From a virus: a DNA stretch of 43,448 nt. Positions 9,170 through 16,836 of this stretch are shown here, piece after piece; within the stretch, counting starts at the first letter, position 1; the number at the start of each line of letters is the position of its first letter. The notes under the pieces were generated by a model. The model saw only the letters and a program-made list of their open reading frames with translations. It was not told the origin of the DNA and made no database searches. The position numbers and the translations under genes are program-made. The stretch lies in the IMG/VR virus record IMGVR_UViG_3300017408_000001, positions 1 through 43,448 of that record. One strand, written 5' to 3'.

Positions 9170-9513
9170 CACTTGCTCCTGTTCCACGGGTGCGCCGGGT
9201 CGAGAGGGCGGCCATCACGGCCCGTGCCGTGCACGATGCCGCTCCGCTCCTCGCGCTGGATCTCGCCATCGTGGTGCGGCTTGCACACAGGCTCCCAGTT
9301 CTTTCGGTCCCAGAACAGCTTCAGGTCGCCCTTGTGTGGCACCTTGTGGTTGACCACCGTGGCCGGCACCGATCGGCCTTGCGCCTCGCACCTTGTGCAG
9401 AGCGGGTGTGCGTCAAGGAACGCCAGCCTGGCCCTCTGCCACTTGCCGCCATAGCCGCGCTCAGTGGATGAGCGCTTGTCGCTGCGCCAGCTGGGCTCGG
9501 GCATGTGAACCAT
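9169..9513 (-). CDS. HNH endonuclease (packaging-associated)
   Basis: Motifs CTRCEAQGR...VNHKVPHKGD...FWDRKNWEPVCKPHHD form a Cys4 plus H-N-H pattern. The start is trimmed to ATG 9513 (or 9504) because the longer ORF runs through the tRNA gene. Confidence 0.85.
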   Translation of the reverse strand: MVHMPEPSWRSDKRSSTERGYGGKWQRARLAFLDAHPLCTRCEAQGRSVPATVVNHKVPHKGDLKLFWDRKNWEPVCKPHHDGEIQREERSGIVHGTGRDGRPLDPAHPWNRSK

Positions 9514-9531
9514 TTCCAAACTGGAAAGCGT

Positions 9532-9605
9532 TGGAGCGACCAGCCGGGTTCGAACCGGCATCATCAGGGTGGAAGCCTGAGGCCCTACCGTTGGACGATG
9601 GTCGC
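9532..9605 (-). tRNA. tRNA-Gly (anticodon UCC) with encoded CCA
   Basis: The reverse complement folds as a 74-nt cloverleaf. Acceptor GCGACCA/TGGTCGC, D arm GTCC-AACGGTA-GGGC, anticodon arm TCAGG-CTTCCAC-CCTGA, variable TGAT, T arm GCCGG-TTCGAAC-CCGGC, discriminator T, CCA. Confidence 0.9.
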
Positions 9606-9756
9606 TTGAGGGGCCTTGCTTCGCCACGGCGGCCGGGACCGTGTAACAACCGGCGGGGCCGGGAGCGAGTTTCGCCGCATTTTGCGGATCAATTCAGGTC
9701 TTGCAGATTGCAGCACCTGAGTTCCGCGACAGAATGGCGCAAAACCGGTTTGCCAA

Positions 9757-9779
9757 AAATCGGACAACCTGACCGATTT
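9757..9779 (-). terminator. Candidate intrinsic terminator upstream of the tRNA and late genes
   Basis: The minus strand reads AAATCGG-tcaggttgt-CCGATTT followed by TTGG. This gives a 7-bp stem whose 3' arm runs into a 5-T tract. It starts 41 nt downstream of the stop of the 9820-10062 gene. Confidence 0.4.
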
Positions 9780-9819
9780 ACGTCCAACATGGACGACAAT
9801 TGCTGAGCAATCCGTCCGA

Positions 9820-10062
9820 TCAGATCGGCTTGAGGATCACCACGACATCGCCGTGCTTATCTTCGGTCACCAGCTCACCGGCCACCGCGATCGGGTTGCC
9901 TGCAGCGTCCGTGACGTACCTGGTGACGGTGCCGCTATCGACGTCATACGCGATCACCTGATGTTGCTCGACGTCGTCGAGGCTGATGATCAGCCGGCGG
10001 GCAAACTCGGGATCAAAGGTTAGGTCGTGAACAGACATGCGGGTAGGGATTGCGTGACGCAT
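9820..10062 (-). CDS. Hypothetical 80-aa protein
   Basis: A GAGG RBS lies 8 nt before the ATG at 10062. The longer ORF-track start has no RBS. Confidence 0.55.
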   Translation of the reverse strand: MRHAIPTRMSVHDLTFDPEFARRLIISLDDVEQHQVIAYDVDSGTVTRYVTDAAGNPIAVAGELVTEDKHGDVVVILKPI

Positions 10063-10186
10063 CTGACCTACCTCGCATCCCTGCCATCGAACATGCTTCC
10101 GCACTCTCGCAGAAGCGCCGCTTCGTCGAGGTGGTGACGAGGGTTGCTACGCCCGATGTGGGCCGGCTTGCCTCTCGCCAGGGTCA

Positions 10187-10819
10187 TCATGTGACCGGAG
10201 CCTGTTCAGGCTGCGCACCTTCTACATGAACCGGTCGGACGTCGCAAGTCTCAACTACGATCTCGCCGAGGAAGCCGCCCAGGTCGATGACGAGCGAGCC
10301 GTTCTTCTTGCTCTCGACCACCTTGGCGGTCAGTCCCTGAAAGGCTGGGCCCTCTACATGAACCGTCTGTCCCAGCACGTAGGACCTGGCTGCATTCGAC
10401 CGACCCTTAGTCCGACGCCGGCCCTTCTTCTTGCGGATACGCTCTAGCCGCGCCCTCTCTTGGGCAGCGACGAAGCCGGTCCACTCGATCGCCTTGTCGA
10501 TCTCAAAGGCGCGCAGCGGATCTAGGCTAGCATCAAGGACCCGACCGTAGGCGCCCTGATGCATCAGCAGCGAGAACGAAGGATGCTGTGAAACTGGCGA
10601 CTGCGCAGCTGCACTGAGACGAGCCGCATCCTCGTAAGGTGCGAAGACGACCCCGGTGAGCAGCGCTATCGGATCATCCCGATATTTGGTCGAGCGCGGG
10701 CGGAACCGGCGCACCATTCCCGTGGGCGCCCACACGTCGAAGCCAGCCGATCGAAGCGAGCGAACGACGGCCAGCGTTCGGCCGCCGGATGTCTGGAGGA
10801 TGCACCAGGACGTGGTCAT
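10187..10819 (-). CDS. NusG/RfaH-like transcription elongation (antitermination) factor
   Basis: The N-terminus looks like an NGN domain (WCILQTSGGRTLAVVRSLRSAGFDVWAP...PIALLTGVVFAPYED). The C-terminus looks like a KOW domain (GQTVHVEGPAFQGLTAKVVESKKNGSLVIDL). The start overlaps the upstream gene as ATGA. Confidence 0.7.
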   Translation of the reverse strand: MTTSWCILQTSGGRTLAVVRSLRSAGFDVWAPTGMVRRFRPRSTKYRDDPIALLTGVVFAPYEDAARLSAAAQSPVSQHPSFSLLMHQGAYGRVLDASLDPLRAFEIDKAIEWTGFVAAQERARLERIRKKKGRRRTKGRSNAARSYVLGQTVHVEGPAFQGLTAKVVESKKNGSLVIDLGGFLGEIVVETCDVRPVHVEGAQPEQAPVT

Positions 10820-11427
10820 GCAAGCGCCTTTGGGGGCCAGACGAACAGCTCGTATTCGTCGACCAGTTTGGATGATGGAAAGCCCAGCCGGCGCAGGCAG
10901 TCGTTCTCGGTATGCAACCGGCTCAGCGATGTTTCACCTCTGTCGCAGTCTGCCCAAGGGCTGAGATCGGTCGTTGTGCCGTAGCGCCAGGCGTGCAGAT
11001 CCTTCGGCAAGTCGGCGGGTCGATCCCGCGCGACAGTCGCGCCTTGTTGGAAACCGCGCCGGTAGGATCGCTCAGCGGCACGCGCAGCCAGCCGAGCCAC
11101 CTCGAGCATCTGCTCGTCGGTCAACGAGCGGAATACGGCCTCGTCGATCCCGTGGGCAATCGAGTAGGCGGTTACGGTATCGCCTGGCGTGGGCGTGATG
11201 TCGATCATGTCGGTCAAGACTTTCTCCGCAGGGTTCGAGGGGATCGGCTGGTCCAGGGCGACCAGATCACGGGCCGCTGCGCTGAGCCGCGTGAATGCGT
11301 TGCGGGATACCTGCCCGGATCGCAGCGCCCGTAGGCTTACGCCGCTCATCTGCGACAGCAGCACCGCCGCGAACTCCTCCGCGCCGTGATCTGGTCGCGC
11401 GGACGGCAGGATCGGGTGCAGGCTCAC
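10816..11427 (-). CDS. Hypothetical protein (203 aa)
   Basis: GTGA-coupled to the upstream gene. GC3-rich ORF in the early-right operon with no recognisable motif. Confidence 0.6.
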   Translation of the reverse strand: MSLHPILPSARPDHGAEEFAAVLLSQMSGVSLRALRSGQVSRNAFTRLSAAARDLVALDQPIPSNPAEKVLTDMIDITPTPGDTVTAYSIAHGIDEAVFRSLTDEQMLEVARLAARAAERSYRRGFQQGATVARDRPADLPKDLHAWRYGTTTDLSPWADCDRGETSLSRLHTENDCLRRLGFPSSKLVDEYELFVWPPKALA

Positions 11428-12029
11428 TTGGCAAACCTCGCTTGGTCGCGCTCGTGGGCCTCGCGCTCACGCCGCCTCTGCGCGCGGGTCGCCGTGGCGA
11501 TCGGATCGGCGAGTGCGGCCTTCATCTGCTCGAGGCGGCTAAGCTGGGTGCGACGCAGGCTTGCAAGGGGATCTGCGTGCTTGCGGATCTCGCCAACGGA
11601 CGGGATGAACCCATGCGGGCTCGTACGAATAGCTTCGTCGATTGCGAACGCGACAATGTCGTGCGGGAGATCGCACAGCAGGTTAGCCGCCTCTGACATC
11701 CACACGGTCAAGGCGCGTTCATCGACGTCACGTGCCACCATGAACATCGTCCAGAGTACGCCCAGCCGTTTGGTAAGCCACTGGTATGAGGGCGGCGTCA
11801 TGGCGATTGCCAAAGTGGTAAGCGTCTCTTCGACCAGATGCTCGACCCCGTTCCGGTGCGCAAAATCAAGGGCATGCTCCGCAGCCCATGCTGGCTGCCC
11901 CCCGTGACGGTATTCACGATCCTCCAGTACCGAGGCGATCAAGGGCTCGACTGACCGCATCGACGGGGCTGCGGGGGCCGCTCGAGGGCCGGCCGCTGAC
12001 GACGGCGAGTTGATTATGTTGTTCGTCAT
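11424..12029 (-). CDS. Hypothetical protein (201 aa), replication module
   Basis: A GAGGGG RBS lies about 10 nt before the ATG at 12029. It overlaps the 3' end of the DUF1376 gene by 116 nt in another frame. Confidence 0.55.
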   Translation of the reverse strand: MTNNIINSPSSAAGPRAAPAAPSMRSVEPLIASVLEDREYRHGGQPAWAAEHALDFAHRNGVEHLVEETLTTLAIAMTPPSYQWLTKRLGVLWTMFMVARDVDERALTVWMSEAANLLCDLPHDIVAFAIDEAIRTSPHGFIPSVGEIRKHADPLASLRRTQLSRLEQMKAALADPIATATRAQRRREREAHERDQARFAK

Positions 12030-12783
12030 GGTCGTAGTTCCCCTCGATGACTTTGGTCAGGTTTTTAGGCTCAAGCATCCAGTCAATTTCAGCTGACCAA
12101 TTGGTCGTGTCGCCGCGCAGCAGCGGCGATCCTTCAACCGAAGCAAGGCAGCGATCCCAGGCATCAAGCCCGCCGATCTCCTTCAAGCGCTTGGTCAGCT
12201 TGCCACGGCGCTGGGAGGTGAACGTAAGCGGCCGCGTCTTTGGCCGAATGCGAGAGCGCAGCTGCTGCCATCGATCAAAGGCAATCTTCGCGTCATCCGG
12301 CAGGTCGGCCAAGCGCGGCAGCGCCGGCTGACAAGAAGGAGCTTTAGCTCCTTCTCTTTCTTCTATGGGTATGGTTATGGGTATGGGTATGGATGCTTCA
12401 GCCTTGCTTTCGTTTTGCTGAGCATTTGCTGAAGCTTTGCTTGCGTCAAAACCGTTCTCTTTCAGGGCCTTAGCCGAGGCACCCTTCTTGCCGGCCCTAC
12501 TTCGCTTGGCCTTAAGCTCGTGAACAGACTCAAATTCCTGCAGCAAACGTTTCTGCGAAATACGTCCACGTACGCGCTTGAAGAACTCCGAAATGATCGG
12601 CTCAACCAGTCGGTCGTAGGCAGCACGGTCGACGCGCATGCGGCGCATGATCCATTCTGCATCGTCAGGAATTGAGCAGCGTGGAGTACGCCAGCACAGG
12701 CGCAGGAGGCGCATGTAAGTGCCGTCTTCCTCGACGGAGAGGTGAGCGGTCGCCGCGTCATAGTCGTCGACGTACAGCGGCAT
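11914..12783 (-). CDS. DUF1376 (YdaU-like) replication initiation/organiser protein
   Basis: Start is taken at ATG 12783 (MPLYVDDYDAATAHLSVEEDGTYMRLLRLCW..., the DUF1376 signature). A low-GC linker encoding IPIPITIPI separates the N- and C-terminal halves. It lies directly downstream of dnaB. Confidence 0.8.
   Translation of the reverse strand: MPLYVDDYDAATAHLSVEEDGTYMRLLRLCWRTPRCSIPDDAEWIMRRMRVDRAAYDRLVEPIISEFFKRVRGRISQKRLLQEFESVHELKAKRSRAGKKGASAKALKENGFDASKASANAQQNESKAEASIPIPITIPIEEREGAKAPSCQPALPRLADLPDDAKIAFDRWQQLRSRIRPKTRPLTFTSQRRGKLTKRLKEIGGLDAWDRCLASVEGSPLLRGDTTNWSAEIDWMLEPKNLTKVIEGNYDHDEQHNQLAVVSGRPSSGPRSPVDAVSRALDRLGTGGS
12364..12441. repeat. Hexamer tandem repeat plus four 11-bp-phased TTGCT iterons (candidate ori) inside the DUF1376 gene
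   Basis: TATGGG/TATGGT repeats about 4.5 times at 12364-12390. TTGCT starts at 12404, 12415, 12426 and 12437, an exact 11-nt period that is not a multiple of 3. An adjacent palindrome AGGAGCTTTAGCTCCT lies at 12337-12352. Confidence 0.5.
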
Positions 12784-12806
12784 GTAGGGAAGCCTATCCG
12801 CCAAGA

Positions 12807-14195
12807 TCACCCACCCCGCATGTAGAAATCGGAGTTGCGGATCGATTGGCGGTTTCCAAAGAACCACGATGTGCGACGGCAGAGCGCGCCTTGGCGGTTC
12901 TTCGCGGAGTAGATTTCAAGCTTGTCTTTCGCCGCCGCCATATCCTCCTCCCATTTCTGCCGTTTGGCATCCATGGAGTTGGGCTCGGTGCGCTCGAGAT
13001 AATACTGATCGCGGTAGACGAAGACGACAATGTCAGCGTCCTGCTCTAGCGAGCCACTGTCACGCAGGTCGCGCAGCTCGGGGTGTTTATCTTCGCGCTG
13101 TTCAACGGACCGGTTTAGCTGCGTCAACACGATCACCGGGACCCGGTTCGATCGCGCAGCCATCTTGATGGCTTTGCTGATCGCGGTGACCTCCTCGTTG
13201 CGGTTAGTCGCCGGTGGCGGGTCGACCAAGCCGAGATAGTCGATCACGACCAGTCCGAGCTTGTGCCCTCGCTGCTCGAACTTGCGAGCCTGCTGCCGTA
13301 TGACGGCGTTGATCTGGTCGGCACCGAATGTTTCTGGATCGATGATGACGAGCGGCCAGTCGCGGATCTTAGCGCCGATCCTGCGCAATAGAACCTTGTC
13401 ATTGTCGGAGACATTGCCCTCACGAATATCCTGAAAGGTCGCTTCCCCGCCATACTTGGCCAGGAGGTCCGCCTGTATGCGCGGCATCAGTTCCACGATG
13501 TCCATCTCGCGGCTGATGTACAGCACACCATGCCCAGCCGCCGCCGCGCGCCAGGACACGCCCAAGGACAGCGCGGTCTTACCCATGCTCGGCCGCCCGC
13601 CGATCAGGATGTATGCGCCAGGCATCATGCCGCGCGTAATGTCATCCCAGTCCTGCAAGTCTCTGAGCAAGATGCCGGGCTCGATCTCACCAGCTTGGAT
13701 GCTGTCGATCCGGTCATTGGCCGTCGCGAACGCATCCACCAGGGTATAGGTTCTCGCATTCAATCCTGGGGTCGCTTCGGGCGGAACCTCACCTTGTGCC
13801 GCGACTGCATCAACGGTGATGGAAAGGTCCGAGCAAGCGTGGGTCGCGGCTACGAAGCGCTCGCGCAGATTACGCCTAAGCGCCAAGTCAATCAGCTGAT
13901 CGGCCAGACCTTGGGGTCCAAGCAGGCCCATCCCGTCAGACGTCAGCCTCGCAAGATACCCAACGCCGCCCAGCTGCGGCAGATCGGGATCGTCGTCAAA
14001 ATGGGGCTTGAGGATAACCGGAGTTACAGTCTTGCCGCCGCCGTGCATTTTCAGCACCGCCGCGTAGATGCGCTGGTGGATCGGGAGAGAAAAATGATCA
14101 GGCCGCAACCGGTCAGCCACCAAGTCGATCACTGCGGCATCGCCGACCATCAACGCCCCAAGGAGCGCAGCTTCTGCCTCGACGTTTTCAAGCAC
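12807..14195 (-). CDS. dnaB: Replicative DNA helicase DnaB
   Basis: 462 aa. N-terminus AEAALLGALM.... Walker A GGRPSMGKTALSL. Also VVIDYLGLV, LTQLNRSVEQR and RDSGSLEQDADIV. Confidence 0.95.
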   Translation of the reverse strand: MLENVEAEAALLGALMVGDAAVIDLVADRLRPDHFSLPIHQRIYAAVLKMHGGGKTVTPVILKPHFDDDPDLPQLGGVGYLARLTSDGMGLLGPQGLADQLIDLALRRNLRERFVAATHACSDLSITVDAVAAQGEVPPEATPGLNARTYTLVDAFATANDRIDSIQAGEIEPGILLRDLQDWDDITRGMMPGAYILIGGRPSMGKTALSLGVSWRAAAAGHGVLYISREMDIVELMPRIQADLLAKYGGEATFQDIREGNVSDNDKVLLRRIGAKIRDWPLVIIDPETFGADQINAVIRQQARKFEQRGHKLGLVVIDYLGLVDPPPATNRNEEVTAISKAIKMAARSNRVPVIVLTQLNRSVEQREDKHPELRDLRDSGSLEQDADIVVFVYRDQYYLERTEPNSMDAKRQKWEEDMAAAKDKLEIYSAKNRQGALCRRTSWFFGNRQSIRNSDFYMRGG

Positions 14196-14197
14196 GG

Positions 14198-14398
14198 TTA
14201 GTAACCCTGCGGCGCGAAGAAGTCGTTGGCCTGAACAGCGCCACGTGTCTCGCGGGCAATAGCTGCCATAAACCTAGGCCTAGGAACCCGTTTGCCGCAG
14301 GCATATTTTCCCACGACACCCGCATTTGCGACCCCGATACGGTTCGCAAAATCAGCGTAAGTGATATTGGCCGCCGCCAGATAATCCTTCAGGTGCAT
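14198..14398 (-). CDS. Cro/YdaS-like HTH regulator (lytic-side switch gene)
   Basis: 66 aa from ATG 14398 (MHLKDYLAAANITYADFANRIGVANAGVVGKYACGKRVP...). It is divergent from the cI-like gene. There is no SD, and a -10-like CATACT lies 8 nt upstream, so the mRNA may be leaderless. Confidence 0.7.
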   Translation of the reverse strand: MHLKDYLAAANITYADFANRIGVANAGVVGKYACGKRVPRPRFMAAIARETRGAVQANDFFAPQGY

Positions 14399-14410
14399 GC
14401 CCGCACAGTA

Positions 14411-14457
14411 TGTCCATTTTGGGCACACGGCAAGTCGCTTGTGTCCAATTTGTGCAC
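14411..14457. promoter_or_regulatory. Two related operator-like sites in the cI/cro intergenic region
   Basis: TGTCCATTTTGGGCACA at 14411-14427 and TGTCCAATTTGTGCAC at 14442-14457. The shared pattern is TGTCC-N7-GCAC, and the starts are 31 bp apart. A weaker third match, TGTCCGTTTTAAGCG, overlaps the cI start (14511). Confidence 0.6.
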
Positions 14458-14509
14458 TGTTTCTTAATATCCGAAGCGGATAAACGGTTCTCTCAACCGG
14501 GGAAGTAAC

Positions 14510-15115
14510 ATGTCCGTTTTAAGCGAAGCCATCCCAAGCCGTGTCCGTGCATTGCGTATGGAAAAGGGATGGTCGCTGGCTGAATTAGCAGAGCGGGCAG
14601 GGACGACGGCGTCACAGATCATGAAGCTCGAGAAGTCCCAGCGTCGGCTTGATCTCGCGTGGATAGAGCGCCTTGCTGCCGCTTTTGAGATTTCAGGGGG
14701 CGAGCTGCTTGGCAACGCTCCGCAGTATCCAGTTCACCCCTTTATGATCCCCTTGATCGGAGACATCGCCGCTGGGAACTGGATGGAGGCAGTACAGCAG
14801 AACCCCGAGATGATCTTCTCTCCCGTGGACGACCTCAGCGACAAAGCTTTCGCGCTACGCACGAAGGGCGACAGCATGGACAAGATCATCCCCGATGGCG
14901 GTTACGTAGTGATCGACCCGACGGACGCGGAGTTGCGCGAGGGCAAGGTGTACGCGGTGATGAACTCTGATGGTGAGACAACGATCAAGCGCTTTCGGAG
15001 CGATCCAGCAAGGCTGGAACCATGCTCAAACAATCCAGAGCACCAGCCGATAAGCTTGGGTCGGGAGCAGTTTGTTGTGCTTGGGCAGGCAAAGGGCGCT
15101 TTCGTGCCTCTCTAA
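14510..15115 (+). CDS. cI: CI/LexA-like repressor (XRE HTH + S24 autopeptidase)
   Basis: HTH: IPSRVRALRMEKGWSLAELAERAGTTASQIMKLEKSQR. LexA-type cleavage context: PLIGDIAAGNW. Catalytic motifs GDSM and a downstream Lys (TIKRF). Confidence 0.92.
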   Translation: MSVLSEAIPSRVRALRMEKGWSLAELAERAGTTASQIMKLEKSQRRLDLAWIERLAAAFEISGGELLGNAPQYPVHPFMIPLIGDIAAGNWMEAVQQNPEMIFSPVDDLSDKAFALRTKGDSMDKIIPDGGYVVIDPTDAELREGKVYAVMNSDGETTIKRFRSDPARLEPCSNNPEHQPISLGREQFVVLGQAKGAFVPL

Positions 15116-15155
15116 ATTAATTTTTCCATTCTGGACATGAAGCACTTGCAAGACG

Positions 15156-15170
15156 TGTCCAATTAGGACA
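15156..15170. promoter_or_regulatory. Perfect palindromic operator-like site downstream of cI (candidate OL)
   Basis: TGTCCAATTAGGACA uses the same TGTCC half-site as the switch operators. It lies in the 193-bp gap before the first early-left gene. Confidence 0.5.
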
Positions 15171-15274
15171 ACCTTAAGGCATCGGAGACGATCGCCGCAT
15201 GGCCGCTGACCCTCCGATCCGCAGGTAAGGGAAAGCGCGCTGTGTGTCCGTAGTATGCTCGGGCCGGCCTCCGC

Positions 15275-15305
15275 CAACCTCCTGCCTCACATTGAGAGGA
15301 GGTTG
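15275..15305 (+). promoter_or_regulatory. 5'-leader hairpin that sequesters the Shine-Dalgarno of the first early-left gene
   Basis: CAACCTCCT (15275-15283) is the exact complement of AGGAGGTTG (15297-15305), giving a 9-bp stem and a 13-nt loop. The ATG lies at 15309. Confidence 0.5.
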
Positions 15306-15308
15306 CCC

Positions 15309-15506
15309 ATGGGCGCCGCAGTCAACATCGCAGCACAAGCTGCCGCCAAAATTCTGAATAGCCTCGAGCCCTGGTACGACTGGGGTCGGACCTTCATAAC
15401 CCGGCTGGACACGAACGACGAAGGCCCCGGCCGGTTTTTCGAGTTGCAGTGGCTCGGCTTGAACGTGACGGTCTTTATCGGCCGCACCCCGAAGCGGGAG
15501 GGCTGA
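15309..15506 (+). CDS. Hypothetical 65-aa protein
   Basis: A GAGGAGG RBS lies 6 nt upstream. First gene of the plus-strand early-left operon. Confidence 0.6.
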   Translation: MGAAVNIAAQAAAKILNSLEPWYDWGRTFITRLDTNDEGPGRFFELQWLGLNVTVFIGRTPKREG

Positions 15507-15508
15507 CC

Positions 15509-16084
15509 ATGGCTCAGCCCATCATCAAGCCCTCGATTGAGTGGCCCACCCCTCAGATCAACGACGGCCATGGCGCCCTTGAAGATGTGTCGTGCCTGAT
15601 CGAGCGGCTTCTGGCCCTGATGAAGCATAACATTGACGAGATGCAGGAGGCGGTCATTAACCGCCCGGTCGCCGACGAGTTTCAGGCCAGTTGGATCAAC
15701 AATGTCTGGATGATTTTCCGGCTTGCTGACGAGAAACTGCAGGAAGTCGACACGATCGTCACGGCGATCGTTGAGGCGGGCCTCGCACCGCGCCGATCAT
15801 CGTTAGTCAGCCATACTCAGCAGTCAAGAAGCCGGGACTGGCGTCTCGCGCTCAATGCGGCGAATGCCGCCAACACGTCTGCCGACATGAGCGACGGTGC
15901 GATTGCTCTCGCCGGACGGCTCTTCGAACAGGCTGTGCGGACGCGCGTGGGATCTCTCGACGACTTCCGCGAAAAGCTCGGACTGCTTGACTCGAACTGC
16001 GGCTTCACCGGGCCGCATCTGGACGAGTTGTTCCGCGACCTCGACGCCCTTGGCGCTCGCGCGAGCCGTGAGTTGGCAGCATGA
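15509..16084 (+). CDS. Hypothetical 191-aa helical protein
   Basis: GGAGGG RBS. The start is 2 nt after the previous stop. Confidence 0.65.
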   Translation: MAQPIIKPSIEWPTPQINDGHGALEDVSCLIERLLALMKHNIDEMQEAVINRPVADEFQASWINNVWMIFRLADEKLQEVDTIVTAIVEAGLAPRRSSLVSHTQQSRSRDWRLALNAANAANTSADMSDGAIALAGRLFEQAVRTRVGSLDDFREKLGLLDSNCGFTGPHLDELFRDLDALGARASRELAA

Positions 16085-16836
16085 GCGCCCCCGCTTCCAT
16101 CGCGGAGGTCCTTGCTTCGATCAACGCTAAGCTGACCTTCCCTTCCCACGACCAAAATCACCCTAGCGACGAGATCATCAGCGCCTGGGAGAAGGTACGC
16201 GGCTGGAGGGATTGGCTCTACCAACAAGACGACATCAAGGGCTGCGGCACCGATGGTTGGACGGCAGAGCGCACCAACCTTCTTGATCGGGAGCAGCAAG
16301 ACCTTGAGCGTTTTGTCACCGGTAATTGGGCAACGACAATCGCCGGGGTGGTTGCCCAGCTATCGCTCGCCATCATCGACATCGATCAAAGCGCTTTGGT
16401 CGAGCGGTGCATCGTGCAGTCAGGACTTCGCGCCGCCTATCTCCAGCGCGACGGCTTGGACGGCGGCACCCAGCAGCTGATCGTAGCAGCCTATGAACTT
16501 CAGTGCATGGACTGGGAGGATGTAGTTGCGGCTTATGAGCGGTCGAAGCCATCTGGGAAGCTGGCGCATGACACGCTCAACGCAATCGACGCGCTGATGC
16601 GTCGGCGTCCGGAATTGGCGGATGATCTTGCTGCGCTGCGAACCTTAGCAAGCGCAAGTGAGCGCGCCACCAGCAATCACGAAACAGTCGACCGACTCAT
16701 GAAGACGTTGGTCGCCGAACCCGACGAGCTGCCGCGCAAGATCCAGATCCTGATCGATGAGGGCATGCTTGATGAGGCCGGGCCATGGCTGCTGCGCGAC
16801 GTCGCTTACCTCAACGCCAGCATAAAGGAGGCATAA
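16081..16836 (+). CDS. Hypothetical 251-aa helical protein
   Basis: ATGA overlap with the previous gene. Confidence 0.65.
   Translation: MSAPASIAEVLASINAKLTFPSHDQNHPSDEIISAWEKVRGWRDWLYQQDDIKGCGTDGWTAERTNLLDREQQDLERFVTGNWATTIAGVVAQLSLAIIDIDQSALVERCIVQSGLRAAYLQRDGLDGGTQQLIVAAYELQCMDWEDVVAAYERSKPSGKLAHDTLNAIDALMRRRPELADDLAALRTLASASERATSNHETVDRLMKTLVAEPDELPRKIQILIDEGMLDEAGPWLLRDVAYLNASIKEA

Noticed and set aside
9514-9627. N-terminal extension of the HNH ORF (ORF-track start at 9627).
   Set aside because: It is translated straight through a well-folding tRNA-Gly gene (9532-9605). In-frame ATGs at 9513 and 9504 give a normal-length HNH protein.
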